Positions 13,910 through 26,726 of a DNA stretch of 64,000 bases are shown one piece after another. Position numbers and translations under genes: made by a program. Each line of letters begins with the position of its first letter. Within the stretch, counting starts at the first letter, position 1. This DNA is from the human T2T-CHM13v2.0 reference genome, Homo sapiens. The stretch lies in the NCBI RefSeq assembly GCF_009914755.1, contig NC_060927.1; one strand, 5' to 3'. The notes below the pieces were generated by a model. It was not told the origin of the DNA. It did not search any database and was given only the letters and a program-made list of their open reading frames with translations.

Positions 13910-14150
13910 AATAATAATAGCTAACATGTATCGTGCTTTTTGTGTGCCTGTTTTAAGTACTTTATATGTCATTTAAAGCTCACACTCACTCCACGAAATA
14001 GATGTTATCTTTAGCACTTATTTTGCTAATTAGGAGATAGAGACCCAGAAAATTTAAGTATATTGCCAACCCTTACAAGCACATTAAGAGGCCAAGTCCA
14101 TGAATACAACTCTGGCCATTTTGCTCCTGAGCCTGTGCTCTTAACCACTT
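13910..14150 (-). mobile_element. MIR
   Basis: aataataatagctaacat...gagacccagaaaatttaagta...gcctgtgctcttaaccact. Confidence 0.7.
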
Positions 14151-15621
14151 GATTTTGCTACTGGATGTTAAAAACTCTATGTTTGGGAGTGTGGATATTG
14201 CAGTGAGTGAAGCAGACAAGATGTCTGCCTTCATCAAAATAGATAACAATACAAAATGTAACTAAGTGCAGAATTATTGCTGTAGCAATAAGTTTTCAAA
14301 AAGGCAGTAATTCGATTTTTATAGTATGGTAATGGATGGCTTCACAATGAAAGTAGTGGATAAAAAAGTAGTGGATAAGTTTTTTCCCTAACCACTTATG
14401 ACATATTTAATAAGCAGAATTTTAAGGCAAAACTTGCAGACAGAAAAGTAACCATGATAATTAAAGGATGGAAGAGTAAGGGTAGTTAAGTTTAGTTGGC
14501 ATGATTGGTAAATAGACAATGCTTTTTCTCATGTCAAGGTCTATAAATTAGGACTATATTAGTTCATGCCTTAGCCTCTAATAAAATTAAGCTGGGTTAT
14601 TCTTCTAGCTAAATCTAGAAGTAGAAGACATCTGGTTATGGCAGTTTTAAATGCAAGCCTAAAATGTTTGTATTTGTCCTGAAAACAATAGGAAGTCACA
14701 GCTAGTTTTGAGCAGACACAACCAATTAAAATGATATTTGGAAACATGGATCTAACTGTGGTATGTATGAGGAAGAGAAGCAAGGTGGCCAATCAGAAAC
14801 TATTGCAAAATGTGTGTTTGAAATAAAAACCACAGGTAAATATCAGGAGGAAAGATCACATGTGAAAAAAATGATAGCTGGATTATTTAGTTTGTGTAAT
14901 TATAATTTCTTAGAATTAAATAAGAATATATTCTCATGCAAGTACTCCCAAATTTTTTGGTGTTATAATGTTTTCTGACCCACTTTGTTAGTCTGTTTCA
15001 TTAATGAAATGGAGGTAAAACCATAAATGCACGTGAACGAGCTGAGGATGTGCATTTCCAAAAATCACTCCAAGGCATGTTGATGTTTCAGGAGTTAATA
15101 TTCCTTATTTAAAAATTGATTACATACCCTTAATTCTTTTAACTAATGCCCATTTTGTCAATTTGCCAACAAATAAGAGAAAAATTTTGTTCTTTAATAT
15201 ATTTCGGCTCTCTAATAGCCAAGGTGCCTAAAAATAAATCATAGTATTGAACACAATGTGACTAACAAACTAATGAAATAAAACTCACCAAGAAACTGAG
15301 ATGTATACTGTTTTCTTTAGCAGTCAAGAGCTACCAAATAAAGGTCAAAGTGCTAATTATGCCTTTGATAGTTACGAAGTGGAAAGAATTCTATACATAT
15401 GTGAAGTATAGGTAACTGACAAACAGCTAAAGATCAGATATGAAATTGAATTTATTAGCAATATCTTTAATCTAAGTAATTGCACTTTGTGGCTGATTTG
15501 TGTGTGTGTGTATTTGTGTTTAGGTAAAATACAGTATAAAAAGAAAAATGAAGATGAATACTTAATGTTATTATCCGTATAGCTACTACTATTTAATAAA
15601 ACCAGTTCATTTTCTACACAG

Positions 15622-15749
15622 GTATGACATCAAAGACGATTACACACTAAGAATTAAAAAGACCATGAGTACAGATGAAGGCACCTATATGTGTATTGCT
15701 GAGAATCGGGTTGGAAAAATGGAAGCCTCTGCTACACTCACCGTCCGAG
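15622..15749 (+). CDS. ROBO2: ROBO2 exon 6 (128 nt), C-terminal half of Ig3
   Basis: tttctacacag|G TAT GAC...CGA G|gtaaga; translates (R)[42 protein letters not shown], with the Ig DxGxYxC motif. Not in the ORF track. Confidence 0.96.
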
Positions 15750-18700
15750 GTAAGAGATTTAAGATGTCAAAGATAATTGAACCAGGAGACTAATATTTGG
15801 TTAAATTGGTAAGTGAACTTACGATCAAAATAATGAATTATGCTGTTTTGTTGTACTAAAATGCCTAGATTTTGTGTCCTCTCTATCATTAGTTGAAATA
15901 AAATTACTTTCAATATTTGGTTCCCAATGATGATAATTTAAAAAGATTAATTCTTATTTAATAAATTGCTTATATGGTTTAACGTTAATAGTTTATATGG
16001 CTTAAAAGTAAATCTTAAAAATAGAAAAGATCTATACTACTCTTTCATTTCCATTGCTTTCAACTACTTACTGCTTTTAAATGTCATCAGTTTCAAAAGT
16101 ACTCTCATGCTTTCTGTTTACTAGTTTGTCACTTTATACTAGTAGCATACTGTTTTGAAGTCCTTTTTAATGTCAGCATTCAAAACAGCAATCTGAAAAA
16201 ACTAGCAATGCTTCCAAAGGTGAAAATGAATACAGAGGAGCTCTCCAGCCTTGAGATAATCTGATTTAGAGACTGATTTGTGAAGTTCATTGGCCTTAAA
16301 TAATTGAAATAGTCAGTGCTGCTCTTGTAATAACTTTCACTTTCTGGGTGTCATGCACTTCCTCAGTCATGGAATAATGTTCATTTATAGACTCCCTGGA
16401 ATTGCTTATAAGTGAAAGAAAGCATTACTTAACTTCACAGTGCACTAGAATAAATTAACTGTCTTTTCAGTGGGACTTGTTGATCACGTGAGGGAAATTA
16501 CATAGTTCAAGGTACCAAGTAGTACCAAGTAGACACTCACACTAATTCTTGAAACAGACATTAGCCATGGCATCATCTACACTCCTAGAAAATCAAACAA
16601 AGATAGGCAAGCACATCCTTTCTCCCACTGCTAACTGTGCCTCCTTCTCTCATCCTTCGTGATAAAGAGATTGGCTGCATGTTTTCATCCAAGTCTCAGT
16701 TACATCTTACCCCATTTAGTCATACCTCTGACCCTTGTGCAGCTTTGCTCCCAAAGAGATTCAGAAGGTTAGGAAAAAGGTTCGGAGAAGTTTGAAGTTG
16801 CAGGAAAGGTGTGAGGGATTCTCAGGTTAGTCCTTCGCGTGGTAAGAAAAAGGATTTTTACCAGGTTTATGATTTGGGCTTCAAATCATACAAAACTCAA
16901 CTACCTCCAGGTTATTATTAGGAGACAGGCATTTTGGGTACCTGGAAAAATATTGGTGCTTTTCATACTACTCAATATTTCACCAAATCCATTTTTTCTT
17001 CTGTAGATATTCTAGTGTGAATTTAGATACAAAACATATTTAGACAAAATTGACAGCTAGTTGCATAAAAACATTTTCATTCTTCATTAGTTAACAGGTC
17101 ATAAAGGACTATGATCATATATGAATTGAATATATATATATATATGGATTATGTAGGATGAAAATCTGATAACCTTTGTAAGCCAATGAACACACTTTAT
17201 TTAACCCACACTCTACATGGATAACTTCATACATTTGTCATATGTTTGCTAGGCAGCTTTTTGCAAAAACAATTCACTAGACCAAATTATCCCCGAAGTT
17301 TTCTTTTTCTTTTTTTCTAAAGTAAATGGAAAATAATAATAAACAACCAACCAATAAATGCTCCATCCGAAAAATATTTGCTGACTAAACAAATGGTGAG
17401 AAAACGTGAGGAGTTGTTTGTTTGTAGAAGCAGCAGGGTTTCTTTTATACTTGAATGCTTGGATGAGTGAGACTTGAAGTGGTCTGTTTGCTTTAAGACC
17501 TTTCCCAGCTAATTGTTTTCATAATTTGCTGAAAGTTTCAGGCTTAACATTTCATTTAACAAAGCATGCTCCTCATGCGGGGATGTTTGAAGCTAACTTA
17601 CAAAACTAATAGAGAGCATTGTTTGTTTTCAATAGTTTTTTTTTTCTTAAATCAGCAAACCTTAAATAGCCTCTCCCCTAATCTGTATACTGTAGATGGA
17701 TTAGAGTGTTTATTCTTTGTGGTATGAATTTATCACCTCTCTAAGACTGAAACCTCAAAAACTGGGTTTAAAAAAATCTCCTTAATGCAATATAATGTAG
17801 AGTAAAATACTGTTTAAAAACATTTATTTTTTACCATTAGGAAAAGCATTTGGGTTTTCTCATGCTAAGAGATTAACAGGAAAAAAAAGACAACACTGTT
17901 ATCTACGACTTATTTTTTTTTCTTTGCTAATTTTTCTATGCACATAAATGAAATGTGCAGCCTTTCTTTGGATCGTTTTATTAGAACAGGGTCAACTGAC
18001 CCAAGAGGCCATGCCCATTTTCATCCATTTAATGCAGAGACACAGTTGTGTTTAATTTGCTGATTTTGAAAACATCCACCTGCTGTTTTTTTTTTTTTTT
18101 TTCAAGATGAAATGTTGCTAATGTAACAAGGACAAAAAAATGTATTGTGATGTTTCTGCTAAAATTTTATCATAACATTCACATTAGCCAATTGGGGAAA
18201 AGGTAAGAGAGTTTATTGTCAAAATTTGAAACAGATCTACTCAGTTATTTCCCATTTCAAAAATATGCTTTAAAAAAAAAAACTATAAATTGAGGCTGAA
18301 CATCAAGAAGCTCCCTTTGCTGACTTGGCAAATGTAAAATTAGGAAGAAATAAAGCCAGTCAACAACAAACCTCCTAGCATTTTCATTCTAATCAATTAA
18401 TTTATTATTAATAAAACTTTTTAAATGGCTTAAAAATGACAACACAAACTGCGTATTTGTAAGCACATTTTACCCATTTTTAATTTTTTAATTTGCTTTG
18501 CATAAAGATCTCATTGGAAAAATCATATTGTTTCTAGAGCATTAAAGCCTTAATTTTTTGGAATTATTCTATAATAAAATAAAATAGAAATACATTTTAT
18601 TTGTTTAAAACATGATTTCTCACCACAGTTTCTTTTTTTTTTTTCTTTTGTCAATATCCTACACTCAAAACGCCTTTTTGTTTCTGAAGGAAACATTATG

Positions 18701-20249
18701 TTTTAAATTCACTTGAGATGGCAAGCTGAAAAGTAGCAAATTCAAAGATTGAAAACAAAGTTCTTTTTCTACTGGACATTTTGCAAAATTAAGAGAAACT
18801 CCATCTGTTAGAATAAGCCACAACTTCACATTATTAGTCTGTTATCTCTTTTTGATAGTCAATCTTGTATTCTGCCCCTCACTCCCCTGCAAAAAGAAAG
18901 AAATCGTGGTACATTGGGTAACTCACTCCTCTTTTCCTCTGGCTATAGCAAACACACCCTATATGTTAGGCCACATTAGGGTTCCACTAAACCAGGCTTT
19001 TCGTACCACTGCTACAATTGCCTTATTGCCTATGGTCTGAAGCTTCCCTGTTTTAATTGTGAATAATATTATAAGACCATGGCTCTCATAGAGATGGATT
19101 GCACAAAGCTAGTATTACGATGTATCTGTTAAGTGAATATGTGTAAATATGTTTTCAATGGCTGTTCCTATCTTGCCCGAAGAGCCATCATCAACACGAA
19201 ACTATTGGTATGTTCCAGAGTCACATTACATATGCACTAGAGCTGTATCTACTAAGGTATGGGCGAAACACTGTTGAAGAAATTCTATTTTTAATGTCAG
19301 ATTTCATGAAATTTCATATACTACTAAGCATATTGTTTCTTCATTTGGATAATGGGATCACATGTTTCACAATATTTGTCTATTGCTTTTGTATAAAATG
19401 GTTTACCGTCTAAATTGATAGCGTGTTATTCATTTTTAAAAAAGGATTATGAAGCCCATGTGTATCTCTTACAATTTATTTGCATTAATAACAGGGGCAG
19501 CCTATTACCACTGATTTTAGTGATTGAAAGTTATGGTATAATAAAAAAATGATAATTTGTTGAAGCAGCAGTTTGAAAGCCGTTCTCAGTGTGAACAGGA
19601 ATCAACTTGTCAGTCATTGTTTCCTGCCCTCTGCCAGAAGAAGAAAAAAGCTTAACAGTAGTTAGGGAGCTACTGAGTTGAAATCTCTAAGGATGTTCCA
19701 ACCTATCTGTTATATTTTCATCCACCCTGTCCATGGATGAAAAGTGATGTAATCTCAACTTATTACTGACTGAAAAGCAGCGTCAGGGGCTTTTCTGCAG
19801 TCCTTGTAATGGTTCTGACTAACCATGCTTAAAATCCAATTGCTATTTAAATCAGACAGCGAGGCCTTCTTTTATTGACATGACATTTGCTAGTCTGTGA
19901 CTTGAATAGTTATATTCATCAGGTTTTTAACTTTGGGGTAACACAAGACTGTTTAACTCAAGATCTTTGAAATAATAACTGCAGTAAGTGATGATGATAA
20001 GACTTTACCTAAAATATCTCTCAAATTGCTTACAGTCAGTTCTCAAAGTAATTATTTTCCTAGAATTATATTTATAACTCTCAACTTTATCAGACTCAGA
20101 CATCTTGGTCATACTTGAATTGTGAGACTAGAAATCACTCTATTGTCCATACTTAAATGTAACATTACACATCATGCATTCTGATAATTTTTCTTTCTTT
20201 TTTTTAATTTCTTTTTTATGTTCTCACCACACCATTGTAATGTCTACAG

Positions 20250-20261
20250 CTCGCCCTGTTG
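20250..20261 (+). CDS. ROBO2: ROBO2 alternative 12-nt microexon (e6b), adds 4 aa in the Ig3-Ig4 linker
   Basis: tgtctacag|CTCGCCCTGTTG|gtaagt with a consensus donor. Phase 1-1; inclusion gives TVR-ARPV-APPQ instead of TVR-APPQ. Matches the known Robo2 e6b microexon. Confidence 0.92.
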
Positions 20262-21329
20262 GTAAGTAGCCATCCTTCTATCCACTAAGCATGGCTTTGC
20301 ACAGTGCTTCATAACTCATGCATAGTAAGATTTGACAGAATGAAATATATTTATTTTACCCATGTTAAAATAATACTTGAGACTGTATGCTGTAAAAGTT
20401 GCTCATGTTTTTTTTACTCACTTTGATAAACAATTTTGTAGTGACTTTTGCTACATAGCAATAAGTAGGTAACAATTTTTATGTAAGAGAATAAATGAAT
20501 GATAAATGTTTATGAACTGCTAGCTTTTCTTATAGGAGAAAAATATATTGTATTAGGATACAATAAGAAAGCATTGCTCTCCTTTTTTGTATGTATAAAA
20601 TAATCAATTATTAGTTATGTTTGATGTTAAGAAAAAAGTTATGAACTAAATTAAAAAATTCTACGACTTTCCACACTTCTTTTAAGTTACTCCGAGTCCC
20701 AGTATTTTAGGGATATTTTTAGCTGCTGCATATTTATTGCCTGCATGCCTATTTAAACAAAATTAAGTAAAATGTTTTAAGTAGATGCTTACCCTAAGTG
20801 GGGGAGGGATAGTGGAGCTGTGTTCTTTGGCATGAAATCTGAGTGTTTGTGGTTTTAATATATCTTATTTTTCATTTGGCTTTGTGAAATCTAAGTAAGT
20901 TAACAGCTTGCTTTTGCAGATATTTAAGTGGTAATTATTTGTAAACATTTGGAAGATAAAATTTTTCAATTCATTGACTTAGTAAGCTTTCTGCATCTCT
21001 TTTAAGCTTAAGTTTAATTCACCAATAACTATGTTTAAATAAATTTTGGTAATTGTGTTACATGTAAATGAATAGATGGATGCATAAATGGATGGATGAA
21101 AGAGTGACCAAATTTAGTACACTGCTTCTTTAATATAACAAAAAGGTACTTTAATAACAACTTATTCAATTTTGAGGGCTTTATAAATTGTCCATCTAGC
21201 TTCAAAAGCTTCCTTCATGTACCAGCTTGACATCATTGACACCTGATATATATGTTGGTTCAGACTCACACATTTTTCCCCCTTCGGTTGAAAGAGTCAT
21301 GGACTTTGTTGCTAGACAGTATGTTTTTA

Positions 21330-21540
21330 CATTGTCAGCAAACACGGTAAATATACTTTGGTTTCCCAATCTGACTTTCTGATCTGGTGTTTCTGAGCAA
21401 TACTCCCTTTTGATTAGTAATTTAATATCCCTTATCCTCAGTGACCTCCTCTATAAAATGGAGAGAATAATACTGACTTATCAAAGCTGTTGCAGGAGGG
21501 GACTGAGTTTAAGATTGATTTTATATGTGAAAGGCATTCT
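21330..21540 (+). mobile_element. MIR fragment
   Basis: cctcagtgacctcctctataaaatggagagaataatact, MIR core. Confidence 0.5.
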
Positions 21541-24500
21541 GTATGCCAATGTTGGTAGCTATCGTATGCCTAGTTTCTGAGGCATGACTTCACATTTCAA
21601 TATTTTTTAAATAAAGCTATGGTTCACAATTAATTGAAACATAAACTGCAGGGTGTTTTTTGAAACTGATGAAATCAATTGTGGTTTGTACAATTGATGT
21701 TTGAAAATTGAAGAATATATTGTAATAATTTTTAAGCCTTATTTTCTTGTATTTGTAGGGATTCCTGTTAATGATAATTTTATGTATCTTTTGAATGACA
21801 CACAAAATTAAGAAAAGAATGAGAAAGAATAAGATGATGCAGCAACAGACAAAGAAAGAGCTGATGGTAGAATACATGACCACTCTCAGATTTCTTTTTC
21901 TCAACATCTGTGAGCTAGTTTTCAGGTTCAGAAATTCACTCATTTATGTGTCAAATAAGAAAGCATGTTATTACATATAATAAAATAAAATAAGTGGAAA
22001 GATTTATATATAAATTATATACAACAATGATATAGATTATATATAAAATAAAATATATGAAGTGGAAAGATTGAGAACGATCTGACACTTTTTCAGATGA
22101 CTATGGAATACAAAAACTTTGCAACCTTATTTAGAAGTTTTTTAAAGATATTAAGCATTACAGTATTTATAGGAGATATGAAAATAGATGAATGATTGAA
22201 AACATTTCTCAATAGAAAGGATGACAGTAGGTGTTAAAAAATACAGGTTGGTTTTGCATCGGCAGCAGTTGTACTTATAAGCTAATGACTTTTCAAATGA
22301 AAAGGAAAAATCACCATTTAAAGTACAGATCTTTGTACACAGAAACCTCATGCCAATATACCATGAGCACTTGATTTATGTTATAGAATAGTATGTTAAT
22401 AATTTCCAATATATTTAAAATCTTTAAATGTAGGAAAAAGTACATTGATTTGAAAATGTGATATACACAGAGTATTGAGATGTATCTGTCATCTGCAAGA
22501 TGTTTCCAAAGTTATTTCCATTTTTTATTCCCGTTTGAAATGATTTCTTAAATTCCCATTGGACTGGAACTAAAGAATAGCTTCTTGACACATTGTACTT
22601 TATTCTGGGGAAGTCTGTCATTTCATAAATCTATCTCAAATGACTTATGACAATGTTCAGAAATATAAAGAACTATACTTTAAACTTGACAACTACTATT
22701 AATTTTAAAAACTGAATGTTGGATATGTTTTAATTGGATTTCCAAAGAAGACACATAATAAGGCAATTAGCCTCATTTTTTTTGTATCTACTTCTTACAT
22801 CAATTTTAATTCAAGAACATAGATATCTGAACATTTATTGTATGGTCAAAAAGTATAAGCCAAGTAAAATAATGATTACATATTAAAATCATAGAAAAAC
22901 TACATTATTATTTATATTTGTTAATGCACTAAAAAGCACATTTTTCAACTTTGCAGCTCTTAGCAATAGCATAAAGGGCATTCTGCAAGGTAGAGGCCAC
23001 AGAAAGGGGAGAAAAAAACAGCTTGTAGTTCCAATATAAATTAGATGAAGAAATATGTACCAAGCATATAACGTTTAGAGAAATTTCAGATCATAGTTTC
23101 TGCCTAGAGCTTTTGAATGAAAATTAGCAATCATTGCAGATTCTGGAATACTTAGAGATTCAGAAACCCTCACTACATTACTCACTGGATGAAACTTCTT
23201 GATGGTCTGTGTAGAAAGCCCCCTTTAGAAATCATTACAAACCCCCAAACTGAGAATTTTGTCTAAATGGATGACTCTTGTGCGATGCATTTGTGTTAAA
23301 GAATTTGCAACTCCTTGCAGTCACAGTTGGAATAAACACCTCTGGCCTGTATTCAGAGTTTTCCTCTAGGTGAACTTAGAGGATGCTCTAGTGTGGGAGG
23401 TATTACTGAAAGCGGACGTTCATATACTTGCCAACAGAGGAAAGTGTTTTACAGATTTCACTTGCTCATCTGCAGTGTCACCAGTGGGTCAGAAAGAGCT
23501 CTTTAATCTAACGTTCATATTTGCTGGTTGCCACAAAATCTAGGCAACTATCACTTTAATAATTAAAAATCCACAAGCCCTTCCTGTGGTTTTGACGTTT
23601 TACTATTCCAAAGGCATTCTTTATATGAAAAGAAAAGTACATCGTAGGATGTAGTTAACTATGAATGCTGAAATATTCATTTGTTTATTTGGAAAACTCT
23701 TCTGATGAGGAAACTGACAGAAGAAAATGGTCTAAATTGGGAAAAATATCTTGCTTCCTATACCCATCTGTCTTATTTTTCTATTGGAAGCCTCTCCCAA
23801 GCCTAAAAATAAAAAAAGAACATCTATTTTGGAGATGGGCACCACATTTTTTCCCAGCAGCAACTCAAAACATGATGAGTAATTTGGAAAGGAACTGTGG
23901 AATCTACCAGATGCCTTGCTTACGAAGCCGTCCTGTTCCGTTTGGTGACTTGTATACCATATGCTAGATGCTGATTGCCTGGAGTATAAAACTGAAAGCT
24001 GAGTACTTCACGTGAAACTTGTTTAAAATATCAAAAAACAAACTGACAATTCACAACTTGATGGAAACTTCTAAGTATTTTCTAACTTAGTGACCCAAAA
24101 GTATGCTTCCTTTTGATGGAAGAATGTAATTGGCCACACAAGAATTTAGAAGTAATAAGAAGTACACATGCTTTTTGGCAAAATTCACCATTTAAAAATT
24201 ATTTTTTAAAATAAGCAGCCACTACTCTAAACAGAAATCTACAGGGACATTTTTTTTTTAATGTTTCAACTGCTTAACCACAGTAATTAAATATACTATT
24301 TTAGAAAGTTCTGTTTTATGAGTCGAAGCAAAGTTTTGTTAAAGCATGTTTGAAAGCAGTCTATTCTGAGGCCACCAAGAAGTCCAAAAAAAAAAATGGT
24401 TTGTGATTGAAAAATTCATTCAGCATGAATTATAAATCTGACATTACTTGAAGAATAATGTAACAAATATTTTGATACCCCCATCTCCCACCCCAACTTG

Positions 24501-26153
24501 AAATTTGGAAAATATAATGTGCTGTACATAATTGGATATTGGAAAATCACAGTTTTTTAAAATAAGAAAACTTAAAGGTATTATGTATGAACCTTTTCAT
24601 GTTTGGATGCACTTTTTGCAAAAGATGTTCTAAGTGTACCTTGAAAGGAGACCTAGAATTTTGTTTCTTGCATCCCTTTTCTTTGGACAAGCTGTTACCC
24701 CATGACCTGAGGTAATCATCTCCCTCCTGAGAGCTCTTAATGTTTCCTGCACCTGGCACTAATTAGCTACTTTATGCAGAGTCCCATTTACTTATTATTA
24801 AGCATCAGGTTTTCCGTTGCTCCATATGTTTTGATTAAATGGTAAGTTTAAAAAAGGCATTCTGTTTTATCTTCTATATTCCAACTGAGTTTCCATAATG
24901 TGAAACGTTTAAAATATCTTAAGCTAATGTTCATTTCTAAAGTGAAACACAAGCGCGGGTTACTTCTCAGGCTGAGCTGGTTCTAGCCTTGTGTACTTGG
25001 CAATGTCTGTCCATTGAACAGGAGGAGAGGCTGGGTCTTAAATTACTCTCACACTTCTTTCTTTTTTTTTCCTCTCAGAACTTGGTAAAAATGTCCTATT
25101 GTCTTGGTATTGAATGGTATTATAGTGTAGTCTGAAACTTAACAAAAAATATATTTTTTTCTTGGCTGGGATTTTCTTTTACCATATGAATATGCATGTA
25201 GTCCTTTCTTTCAAGTAACTTTGCTCAGTTATATCTTGGTAATGATCATCCTGTAGGTAATATTTCTAGGACGCAACAAGCCACTTGAATCTGCCAGTTC
25301 TATGCTTTAACTTGCTTTATTTCAATAACCTTTTCTTCTGTTTTATCTTTGAATTTTTTTTCTGTTTTACTTTCTCATTTCTTCAAATTATATTTCTTCT
25401 TAGTTATATTGGCTTTCCTTAGTCTCAATTTCACATTTATCAACTTCTCTATAATAATTTCAATCATTTTTATTTCATATTGTATGATTTCTCAATGACA
25501 ATATACCGCGTCTCTAACTTTTAAAATTGCAATCATTATATATTTCTTATTTCTAAAATATATTCTAATTTTTTTGTTTTTTGTTATTTTCTTGTTAAGC
25601 TCTAATATAAAATTCTTTATCTTTACTTGTCTTTTAGCCTTTGTAACCCTTTTTTCGTTTTTAAAAGAGAGATTTCATTGTATATAATTTCATTTAGACG
25701 ATGCCTAAGTTATTTGTTTTAAATTGTTTCTGTGTTTCTTTGAGTAATTCTTGGAAGACACAGGTTCTTTATCTCTCTTTAATTAATTATGTTCCTTTTC
25801 TGTCATGAATTAAATAAGTAATTGGTTAATATACAGGTTTTTGTTAAATTTCGTTTTGCATAGATTTTGTTTTGGTTCCTATCTGATTATTCATTTTCTG
25901 GTTAGCTCTGAAGACTAGAGTTTGCATATTTGGAGAAGAGAAAATGTGAAGTAGCAGGGTAATTCAATAACCCTTATTTAGAATGTTGTTTTCAATATCT
26001 TACTAAAAACATACTATGTTCTTCTCAGTATTGTACTAGGCCTGGTGATACAGAATCACCCTTTTTAAGTTATGAGGGGTGTGCATTTTCCTATAAGACT
26101 CTCTCCTCATCCTCCTTTATACTCCCTGCTTCATAATAAGGATGGTTTTCAGG

Positions 26154-26726
26154 TGTGTCAGTTTTCTATTGTTGCATAAAAATGACCACACAATGAGCAA
26201 TTTAAAACAATGTCATTCTATAGGTCCCAAATGCAGGCAGTCTCAACAGTGTTTTCTCCTAAGGGTTTCACAGACCAAAATCAAGATATTGGCCAGGTTG
26301 CACTCTCCTCCGGAGACTGTCCAGAGGAATCCACTTCAAAGTTCCTTGGGGTGTTTTTCGGAATCTGGTTCCTTGTGGTTGTAGGACTGAAGTTCCCATT
26401 TCCTTGGCTGTTGGACAGGGTGACTCACTGTGTTAAGTGGCTGCTCTTCAGCCTTCGCACATTGCTGCCACCACAACCTTCATAGCCAGCGGGGGCACCC
26501 TGAATTCCTCATGTGCTTTGCTTTGTAGCTCTCCGAGGCCTCTTTCTGATTTAAAGATCCAGAGTATTAAGTAAGGCGCAGCTGATGAATCAACCCATTC
26601 TGAGGTCAACTGATTAGTAACCTTAAGTATATCTCAAAATATTTTTTGTAACCTAATATAATCATGAAAGTATTTCCAGGAAGGGCAAGCCTGAGGTCAT
26701 GGGGCCTCAGAATGCTGCCAACTACA
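26154..26726 (-). mobile_element. MLT1 (MaLR) solo LTR
   Basis: Starts tgtgtcagttttctattgttgc, ends agaatgctgccaactaca; internal ttccttgtggttgtaggactga, gtcaactgattagtaacctt. Confidence 0.75.

Noticed and set aside
21617-21980. 108-aa and 61-aa opposing ORFs
   Set aside because: Low-complexity composition, no domain and no convincing splice-site pair.
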